Shown here one piece after another: positions 22,077-29,365 of a stretch of DNA of 64,000 bases. The stretch is from Promethearchaeota archaeon. GTDB taxonomy: Archaea > Asgardarchaeota > Lokiarchaeia > Sigyniarchaeales > SOKP01. The DNA is taken from NCBI GenBank assembly GCA_019057795.1, contig JAHLWS010000021.1, positions 40,260 through 104,259 on the forward strand. The letters run 5' to 3'. Numbering within the stretch: position 1 is the first letter of the stretch; each line of letters opens with the position of its first letter. Both the position numbers and the translations under genes were made by a program. The notes beneath the pieces are model-generated. The model was not told where the DNA came from. It was given only the letters and a program-made list of their open reading frames with translations, and did no database searches.

Positions 22077-23738
22077 TTAATTATTATAGATCTCTTTAAA
22101 TTGTATTCTAATTACTTTCTTATTTAACTTACCTACGCTGGTCCTAGGGATAGAGTCCACAAATATGATCTTGTTTGGTATTTGCCATTTAGCAAAATTC
22201 TTGGTGAGATATTGGCGAAGTTCTTTTTCAGCAATTGATTTAAAGCCTTCCCGTAGAACAACTAAAGCTAAAGGTCTTTCCTCCCATTTTGGATGTGGTA
22301 ATCCTACTACGGCAGCTTCAAGTACGCCTTTATGAGACATTAACGTATTTTCCATATCAATTGAACTAATCCATTCTCCACCGCTTTTAATAACATCTTT
22401 AATCCTATCTGTTATCTTTAGATATCCTTCAGAATCAATACAACCAGCATCACCAGTTCTAAAAAATCCATCTGGTGTAAAACTATCCTTAGTTCGATCC
22501 GAGTTATAATAGCACCTGGTAATCCAAGGACCACGTATAAGCACTTCTCCAGAAGACTTCCCATCGCTAGGAAGCTCATTACCCATCTCATCTAATACTT
22601 TAATGTCTATACCTGAATTAATGGTACCTTGCTTTTTCTTAAGTTCCCAAAGATCCTCTTCAGAAAGTTCTTTTTTAAGCCAGGGTTTGAAATAATTTAG
22701 GGTGACAATTGCTAACCCTTCTGTAGAACCATAAGTATGTACAATTTCTCCACCAGTATCGTCCCAGAAACCTCGCATTAGAGTTATTGGGGGTTCAGAT
22801 CCTCCGCAGAGGAAACGAGCACCGGTTAAATCTGGTTTTTCGTCCATTTTTCTGATTATTTCATGCATTGCCATCAAAACGGTCGGTACTGCAGCTGATA
22901 TAGTTACTTTTTCTTTAACCATCAGATTGGTAAGTTCTTTTAGATCTTGTAAGCCCCACTTGCCCGAGAAAATTAATTTAGCCCCTGCATATGCTGAAGC
23001 TTGAGGTATCGACCAACCAAGGACATGGAACATGGGAACCATTTGAAAAACAACATCATTCACTGATATAGAGAATTTAGCAGTAAACATTAAGGCATGA
23101 ATATATACTTCTCGGTGAGAGTAATATACACCTTTTGGTTTTCCAGTAGTACCTGTTGTATAACACGCTGCATACGAAGAATTTTCATCTAAGTAAGGCC
23201 ATTCATATTTCGGTGAGGCATTATTCACAAGTTCTTCATAGCTATAAATTGGGTTAAGATCAGTTCTTATATCACTTAAATCCTTTTCAGTAATAATTAT
23301 GTACCCTTTTATTTCCTTGCATAAAGCAGCTACAGATTCAGCTACACTAATCAGATCTTCATCAACAATGATATATTTTGCACCAGAATGATTTATTACG
23401 TAAGATAATTCCTCAGGAATAAGGTTTAGATTCAAAGAAACCATAACAGCCCCCATTCCAGGGAGGCCATAATAAATCTCAAAATGCTGATGGTGATTCC
23501 AAGCAATAACTCCAACTCTATCACCAACTTTTATACCAATAGAGTCTAACGCATTTGCTAATCTTTGCATTCTTTCATATGAATCCTTATAGGTATACTG
23601 AAATAAGTTCCCATCACTTTTTCTTGTAATGATTTCTTGTTTCGCGAAATTTCTTATACCCTGCCGCATATGGTTTATAACATTAAGCTGGTAATTTTTT
23701 TCTTGCTCAACCATAAAACCTTTAACAATCTTCCTCAT
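22077..23738 (-). CDS. Fatty-acid--CoA ligase (ANL family)
   Basis: YTTGTTGKPKGV, PMFHV, YGSTE, FRTGD, DRIKDVIKSGGEWISS, HPKWEERP. Confidence 0.92.
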   Translation of the reverse strand: MRKIVKGFMVEQEKNYQLNVINHMRQGIRNFAKQEIITRKSDGNLFQYTYKDSYERMQRLANALDSIGIKVGDRVGVIAWNHHQHFEIYYGLPGMGAVMVSLNLNLIPEELSYVINHSGAKYIIVDEDLISVAESVAALCKEIKGYIIITEKDLSDIRTDLNPIYSYEELVNNASPKYEWPYLDENSSYAACYTTGTTGKPKGVYYSHREVYIHALMFTAKFSISVNDVVFQMVPMFHVLGWSIPQASAYAGAKLIFSGKWGLQDLKELTNLMVKEKVTISAAVPTVLMAMHEIIRKMDEKPDLTGARFLCGGSEPPITLMRGFWDDTGGEIVHTYGSTEGLAIVTLNYFKPWLKKELSEEDLWELKKKQGTINSGIDIKVLDEMGNELPSDGKSSGEVLIRGPWITRCYYNSDRTKDSFTPDGFFRTGDAGCIDSEGYLKITDRIKDVIKSGGEWISSIDMENTLMSHKGVLEAAVVGLPHPKWEERPLALVVLREGFKSIAEKELRQYLTKNFAKWQIPNKIIFVDSIPRTSVGKLNKKVIRIQFKEIYNN

Positions 23739-23921
23739 TCAATCTCTCTCCTTTTTATTTATTATTAATTTTCTCCAGGCGTATTTTTCGTTTGACAGAT
23801 ATTTTTTTTAATTTCATACTGTTACAAAAAAAAAAGAAATATACATCAAAAAGTAAAAAATATAAGACTCTTTAACCATAAGTATATTGAATTACTTAAA
23901 AATTTAAAAATGTAGTGAATT

Positions 23922-24116
23922 ATGACTTTAAAACCTATCAAAGAAGAAATAATTAATCTTATACAAGGGTTACCTGATGATGCAACATTGGAGGATATTC
24001 AATATCATCTATTTGTAAAACAAAAGCTCTTAAGAGCTGAGGAACAAATAAAAGAAGGAAAAACTATTCCCCATGAAGAAGTCATGGAAAAGGCTAAGAC
24101 GAAATGGTTCAAATAG
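23922..24116 (+). CDS. Antitoxin of a RelE/ParE-type TA pair
   Basis: LPDDATLEDIQYHL...EGKTIPHEEV pattern; overlaps the downstream toxin gene. Confidence 0.75.
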   Translation: MTLKPIKEEIINLIQGLPDDATLEDIQYHLFVKQKLLRAEEQIKEGKTIPHEEVMEKAKTKWFK

Positions 24117-24394
24117 AATGGTCTGAAGAATCTGAAGAAGATTTAGACGATATACTTTCGTATCTTTCAAAAACCTCATTTCAATATGCCAACTCTTTTT
24201 TTGAACGCGTTCATGAAGCTGTAGAATATATTAAACAATTTCCTAAAATAGGTCGTAAAGTTCCGGAATCTAAGAATCCAAGCGATAGGGAATTAATTAT
24301 TCAAAAATATAGACTAATTTATAGGTTTTTAGAGGAAGAGAAAAGAATACTAATTATGATGATAATTCACGGAAGTAGAATATTGAAATTATAA
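24104..24394 (+). CDS. Type II TA RelE/ParE family toxin
   Basis: IEWSEESEEDLDDI, FPKIGRKVPE, RELIIQKYRLIYR, IIHGSR. Confidence 0.9.
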   Translation: MVQIEWSEESEEDLDDILSYLSKTSFQYANSFFERVHEAVEYIKQFPKIGRKVPESKNPSDRELIIQKYRLIYRFLEEEKRILIMMIIHGSRILKL

Positions 24395-24400
24395 AGATAT

Positions 24401-24460
24401 CAAACACCAGAGAACGACATTCCCTATACATTCTCTTACATCAAAGAGGAACTTATATAA
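24401..24460 (+). pseudogene. Short remnant resembling the 3' region of the acetoacetate--CoA ligase gene
   Basis: Translates QTPENDIPYTFSYIKEEL, against KAPEDGIPYTFSNKKVEI at 21837-21890 (10 of 18 identical). Confidence 0.55.
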
Positions 24461-24566
24461 TTTTAAAACTTATTTTTTTACAATTTTTAAATTCTATTTT
24501 GTCTAATAATTCAATTATTTAAAGCTTATTAGAAAAAGAATTAATAAATTAGTTATTTAATATGCT

Positions 24567-25415
24567 ATGGAAAATAAAAACAAAATAATCTCTGAAGGCG
24601 ATGTTGTTAAATTAACAAAACAACCTAACACTATAACTTCCTTAAAACGCGATTTTAAAAGGCTTGGTGTTAAAAAAGGTTCAATTATTATAATGCATAG
24701 TTCGCTGAGTAAAATTGGTTGGACTGTTGGAGGGCCAATATCCGTAATTAAAGCGCTAACACAAGTTTTAACTTCAGAAGGTACATTGGTAATGCCGACA
24801 TTTACCAGTGGCAATTCCGAACCATCTCAATGGGAAAACCCTCCAGTACCTAAAAGTTGGTGGGGTATAATAAGAAAAGAGATGCCCGCCTTCGAAGCTA
24901 AAATATCGCCTACTAGAGCAATGGGACGTATTGTAGAAACTTTTAGGAATTGGCCTAATGTCTTTCGGAGTAATCATCCTAATGTATCGTTCACTGCTTG
25001 GGGTAAGCAAGCAAAATTTATTACCGAAAATCACGAATTAGAGGCAGAATTGGGCAAGAATTCTCCAACTTCCCGCCTTTACGATCTTAACGGACAAATA
25101 CTATTAGTGGGAGTAAACCACGAGAATAACTCTTCGTTGCATCTTGCTGAATATCGATGCGGTTTCCCTGGAAAAAAGTATATTCGAAATGGATGTGCGA
25201 TGATGGTGAATAATCAGAGACAGTGGGTAGAATGGAAAGGTCTAGATTATGATAGCGATGATTTTGAGCAACTTGGAAAGAATTTTGAATCTAAAATCAA
25301 TTATAAACCAGGTAATATTGGTCTGGCTGAAGCTCGATTGATTTCACTTCGAGATATAGTAAGTTTTGGAGTAGATTGGTTAATGGAAAAAACAATGAAA
25401 AAGATATTAAAATAA
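24567..25415 (+). CDS. AAC(3)/YokD-family N-acetyltransferase
   Basis: MHSSLSKIGW, GTLVMPTF, WENPPVP, RSNHP..SF.AWG, NSSLHLAEY. Confidence 0.9.
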   Translation: MENKNKIISEGDVVKLTKQPNTITSLKRDFKRLGVKKGSIIIMHSSLSKIGWTVGGPISVIKALTQVLTSEGTLVMPTFTSGNSEPSQWENPPVPKSWWGIIRKEMPAFEAKISPTRAMGRIVETFRNWPNVFRSNHPNVSFTAWGKQAKFITENHELEAELGKNSPTSRLYDLNGQILLVGVNHENNSSLHLAEYRCGFPGKKYIRNGCAMMVNNQRQWVEWKGLDYDSDDFEQLGKNFESKINYKPGNIGLAEARLISLRDIVSFGVDWLMEKTMKKILK

Positions 25416-25483
25416 ATATATTTTACCTTACATTATTAATTCTATAATTCTATAAAAAAAGAAAAAATAGATGTAGTGTAAAA

Positions 25484-26041
25484 ATGAAAAAAGTTCTAAT
25501 CGTTTATGGAACAAGATACGGAAGTACTGAAGAAGTTTCAAATAAGATAGTGAATACTTTAAAAGAAAAAGGGATTGATACTTCTGCTATAAATTCTAAA
25601 GATTTAATAACTGAAAACCAACCTAATTTAGAGGAATACGATGGAATAATAATCGGTTCAGGTATTAAAGTAGGTCAATGGACAAAAGAAACAAAAAAAT
25701 TCATAGAAAATAATTTAGAATTTTTCAAAAATTCTAATGTAGTTTTAGGTGTTTTTGTAAGCTCCGGTCTGGCAAGCAGTCCTGAGAAAATAGCTGAATT
25801 AAAAAAAGAATACATAGAGAATGTATTAAATCAATATGGAATAACAGCTGACTTATACGATCTGTTTGGAGGAGTTCTAGATTTATCTAAAGATTCAAAT
25901 ATTGGATTTTTGGGAAAAAAAATGGTAAAGATGGTTAGTAAAGAAGATCCTAGAATTAAACCTAATCAAAGAAATGATTTGAGGGATTGGAACCAAATAA
26001 AGAAATTTACTGAAAACTATGCAAATTTATTGAAGAATTAA
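25484..26041 (+). CDS. Flavodoxin-domain protein (HemG-like)
   Basis: LIVYGTRYGSTEEV, YDGIIIGSGI, FGG, DLRDWNQI. Confidence 0.85.
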   Translation: MKKVLIVYGTRYGSTEEVSNKIVNTLKEKGIDTSAINSKDLITENQPNLEEYDGIIIGSGIKVGQWTKETKKFIENNLEFFKNSNVVLGVFVSSGLASSPEKIAELKKEYIENVLNQYGITADLYDLFGGVLDLSKDSNIGFLGKKMVKMVSKEDPRIKPNQRNDLRDWNQIKKFTENYANLLKN

Positions 26042-26256
26042 ATCAATCTTTTTTTACTTTTTATTTTTTTAACTTAAAACTATGGATGAAAGTGATAATC
26101 TCAAAATCAACAGTTTTACATTAAAATTATTTAAAAAAAAAGATAAGGTTAGATAACAATCGCAAAATCGCAAAAACTTTTACTAATTATTATTTAATAC
26201 TTATGTTAAATTATTACTTTGTTATTACTTTATTAGATTTATACTACTTCGTTAAA

Positions 26257-26541
26257 TTAATAGCGATTTCGCCTACCGCCGCCACCGCCCCTATTGTATG
26301 AACCAAATTGAGGGGGAGCTTTCTCGGTTACCACAACATTTGAAGCTTGTGGTCCTTTCTGACCTTCTGTTACTTCAAACTCAACCTTATCGTTTTCGTT
26401 TAGCGTCAAATATTCGTCTTCTCCACCAGATAGTGCGGTGTAATGAACGAATACGTCGTTTCCTTCTTCAGAGTTTATAAATCCAAAGCCTTTTCGGCTA
26501 TTAAACCATTTTACTGTTCCTTTTACCACTTTTAAAACCAT
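26257..26541 (-). CDS. Cold-shock domain protein with a Gly/Arg-rich C-terminal tail
   Basis: [30 protein letters not shown], then [12 protein letters not shown]. Start set at ATG 26541. Confidence 0.92.
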   Translation of the reverse strand: MVLKVVKGTVKWFNSRKGFGFINSEEGNDVFVHYTALSGGEDEYLTLNENDKVEFEVTEGQKGPQASNVVVTEKAPPQFGSYNRGGGGGRRNRY

Positions 26542-26670
26542 TTTTTTTGAAAACAATTCTTTAATCTTTTCTTAAAGAATTAATTAAGAAAAGAATCCAT
26601 ATCTAATTAATTTTTCCGTTTTTCTCATTTCTTATTCGTTTGATTTTTCAATTTCCTATTGTGATATTAA

Positions 26671-27231
26671 TTAGGATCTCACAGAAAATGCTTGTTTTTC
26701 AAGCGGTTCTTTAACTAAGCCATAATAATTACGCGCAATGTATACAATTTGGTCCTGCTTTAACGGATCTAGTTTTTTACCGGTTAATTTTTCCTCATCG
26801 ACATGAACTGCCAAAACTTCACCTAAGTAAATTACGTGACTGCCATGCTTTATTTTTTTGATGACTTTACATTCGATATTAATCGGGAATTCTTTAATGA
26901 GTGGTACTTCTACTTCAGAACCTTTTTGCTTCGTTAAGTTAAGTTCTTTCCATTTATCTACTTTCTTCCCCGTTCTCGTTCCACAGAAATCCATCTCTCT
27001 AATTTGGTCTGCGTTCGGAACGTTAACCACAAATTCCTCCAATTTTTCAATTAGGGAATACGAGTGTCTTGATGGTCGAATAGAAACGGAGATTACCGGC
27101 GGTTCAGATACCACTCGAGCAACCCACGCAAGTGTTATGAGATTTGCTTCGTCCCATTCACCTACCGAAACAACAACGGCAGGAGATACGATAGGAGTCG
27201 TTGTTTTATTAATTTGTATCTTCATAAGCAT
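26671..27231 (-). CDS. Flavin reductase family protein
   Basis: NLITLAW, EPP..SVSIRPSRHS, EFVVN, CGTRTG, IECKV, GSH..YLGEV. Confidence 0.88.
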   Translation of the reverse strand: MLMKIQINKTTTPIVSPAVVVSVGEWDEANLITLAWVARVVSEPPVISVSIRPSRHSYSLIEKLEEFVVNVPNADQIREMDFCGTRTGKKVDKWKELNLTKQKGSEVEVPLIKEFPINIECKVIKKIKHGSHVIYLGEVLAVHVDEEKLTGKKLDPLKQDQIVYIARNYYGLVKEPLEKQAFSVRS

Positions 27232-27253
27232 TAATCAACCCAGAAATTTTTTG

Positions 27254-27691
27254 CTAACCGTCTTCTTGTTCCTTTAGGAGATATTCATCTATTTCTTTTT
27301 TAAACTCAGAATAAATTTCAGAAATATTATTCATAAGTGGTTCTAATTTCTCCTCATCAATAAAAAATCCATAAGCATGGGTAAAAAAGTGCCGAAAAAC
27401 TAAATACTTACCAATTTTATCAAGAATTTCTTTCGATATTATTTTATTGTCAAAAGCAAAATTCAATAAATCTTTATGCCATGTGGGTGACTCAGGGATT
27501 GGTAAGTTTTGGTGTAAAAGTATTTGTTTTAAAATATTTTCCATACCCGTATAGATATTTTGAAGAAAGGCTCCAATTCCTACAAGAATTACGAGTTCTT
27601 TACTCGGTTTTTTTTTCACTTTTTCCAATTCAATTAAAATTTTTTCAATATTTTCATTCTCCGCAAGAATTTTGTCCTTAACATTAGCCAT
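27254..27691 (-). CDS. HEPN-domain ribonuclease toxin (HepT-like)
   Basis: YTGMENIL, WHKDLL and FRHFFTHAY (RxxxxH motif); coupled to an MNT gene. Confidence 0.85.
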   Translation of the reverse strand: MANVKDKILAENENIEKILIELEKVKKKPSKELVILVGIGAFLQNIYTGMENILKQILLHQNLPIPESPTWHKDLLNFAFDNKIISKEILDKIGKYLVFRHFFTHAYGFFIDEEKLEPLMNNISEIYSEFKKEIDEYLLKEQEDG

Positions 27692-27953
27692 ATAATACTA
27701 ACCCATCTTCCTCTATTAGTTTATTAAATAAACAATCTATACTTATATCAATTACATCTACTGGTTTCGATAAATCCCTGTACAATTCCCAGCAAAAATC
27801 AAAAAATAATTTAGGTTCTATACCTCTTACACCAATATCTATATCTCGCGCATCCTCCCTCTCTTTAGAGGAACCGAAGAGAATAACTTTTTCTAAGTTG
27901 TATTTTCTTGCGTATAATAATATTATTTTTTTATCTTCTTCAGATATCATCAT
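27684..27953 (-). CDS. Minimal nucleotidyltransferase (MNT) antitoxin
   Basis: LFGSS, DIDIGV, PVDVID. Confidence 0.88.
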   Translation of the reverse strand: MMISEEDKKIILLYARKYNLEKVILFGSSKEREDARDIDIGVRGIEPKLFFDFCWELYRDLSKPVDVIDISIDCLFNKLIEEDGLVLYG

Positions 27954-28075
27954 ATATTATATCTCTTTTAATATTTATTTAGATTTTGGTGTGTATTGAA
28001 AATAGATTTCTGTTTTATATATTTTTTGAGAAATAATATATTTTTACCTTTACCTTTAAAACAATATAGGAAGAG

Positions 28076-28909
28076 TTAATCAACCCAAAAATCTTTTGCC
28101 AATCGTCTTCTTGTTTGCCACAGACCACCCTTTTCAGTGAATCCAAGTACACCTTTACCTTGATCAGCGTCTTTTATTTTCCACATCCCGCTAAAAGCCC
28201 CAGTTAAAGCGCCGGATAAAACTTCAAAGCCTTGGGCGGTATATAAGTCACACTCTACTCCGCGATTAATAATAAATTTTAGTTGACGCATACCTTGCTG
28301 GTTTTTGGATTTAAGCACATCCAACAACAGTTCTACTTCGGTATCAAGTTGGTCGTTGGGCACAACCCGGTTCCATAGGTTCCATTCTACTGCTTTTTCT
28401 CCAGAGTGGAGCGCGCCGATAAGATTAATCTCTTTAGCTCTCCGTCGACCTATAAGTCGAGATAATCGCGTAGTACCGCCCCATCCGGGAGTTATTCCGA
28501 CGTCTACTTCGGGCATGCCCCACTTCGAGCGCTCAGTGGCAATTACAAAATCACACACCATCGTAATTTCCAAACCGCCACCTACTGCATAACCGTCTAC
28601 TGCTGCAATTGTGATTTTATCGAGTTCCTCGATTTGATTCGCCATATTTTGATAGTATCGACATCTTCGAGTTATATCGTTAGCGTTTCCCCATTTAATC
28701 ATTTCTTTAATATCATCGCCCACGCAGAAGTTATCCCCCGCGCCCTTGATAACTAAGAATTTGAGTTTTGTAGACTGCCTTACGATTTCTATAGCGGCAA
28801 CTATCTCTTCAGAAAGTTTCATGCTTAACGCGTTCATGACATCAGGTCGATTGAGCGTTATCCAAGCCACTTGGTCCGTCTCTTTATATATTAAATTTTC
28901 GAATTTCAT
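28076..28909 (-). CDS. Enoyl-CoA hydratase/isomerase family protein
   Basis: ITLNRPDVMNAL, FCVGDDI, AAVDGYAVGGGLE, GMPEV..GITPGWGGT. Confidence 0.9.
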   Translation of the reverse strand: MKFENLIYKETDQVAWITLNRPDVMNALSMKLSEEIVAAIEIVRQSTKLKFLVIKGAGDNFCVGDDIKEMIKWGNANDITRRCRYYQNMANQIEELDKITIAAVDGYAVGGGLEITMVCDFVIATERSKWGMPEVDVGITPGWGGTTRLSRLIGRRRAKEINLIGALHSGEKAVEWNLWNRVVPNDQLDTEVELLLDVLKSKNQQGMRQLKFIINRGVECDLYTAQGFEVLSGALTGAFSGMWKIKDADQGKGVLGFTEKGGLWQTRRRLAKDFWVD

Positions 28910-29084
28910 AATTTATTTTTGATTAAGTTTTATATAAATGTATAGAACATTTTTATCATTAATTATTTTTTAAAGGTTATTGGAAGAGTTGTACGCCATA
29001 CGGCTAGTTATTTTGTGGTTAGGTCATTTATGATTATTTAGTTATATTAAATTTATATTTTTTTCAATTTGAGATTAAATATGA

Positions 29085-29099
29085 GATAAAATTTATAAA
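29085..29099 (+). promoter_or_regulatory. Putative BRE/TATA promoter for the leuS leader transcript
   Basis: tttataaa at 29092-29099 preceded by purine-rich gataaaa. It ends 26 nt before ATG 29126, consistent with a near-leaderless start. The AT-rich background lowers confidence. Confidence 0.45.
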
Positions 29100-29125
29100 A
29101 TACAATTACTATATTTTCTATAATA

Positions 29126-29212
29126 ATGATCTCTAATAATATTGCTTCAAGAAAATCAATACGAGCTTTTGTACTTCTAGGATATTTGCTTTTAGCATTA
29201 TTATTATTGTGA
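29126..29212 (+). CDS. Putative Leu-rich leader peptide of leuS (28 aa)
   Basis: MISNNIASRKSIRAFVLLGYLLLALLLL*: 9 Leu in the last 12 codons and none in the first 16; lies directly upstream of leucyl-tRNA synthetase. Confidence 0.7.
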   Translation: MISNNIASRKSIRAFVLLGYLLLALLLL

Positions 29213-29268
29213 GTGAAACAAATCCACTCGATCTTTTTCTTTTTAAATTTCCACGGATTTGTTCTCTC
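29210..29268 (+). promoter_or_regulatory. Candidate attenuator: mutually exclusive hairpins and a U-tract
   Basis: gagtg (29211-15) pairs with cactc (29225-29) and is followed by tctttttcttttt. Alternatively aacaaatcc (29217-25) pairs with ggatttgtt (29255-63). Confidence 0.5.
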
Positions 29269-29365
29269 TGTGTATACAATTTAATTGAAGGAGGTCATAG
29301 GTGGGTTGGTTGCTCTATGGAGATAAAAAGTTAACTTGAAAATAAAAAAAATAGTGGTAAAATTC

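Noticed and set aside
29270-29335. T-box riboswitch upstream of leuS
   Set aside because: There is no convincing T-box consensus or stem I. Only a weak catag/ctatg hairpin and a G-rich stretch are present, and the leader peptide explains the region better.
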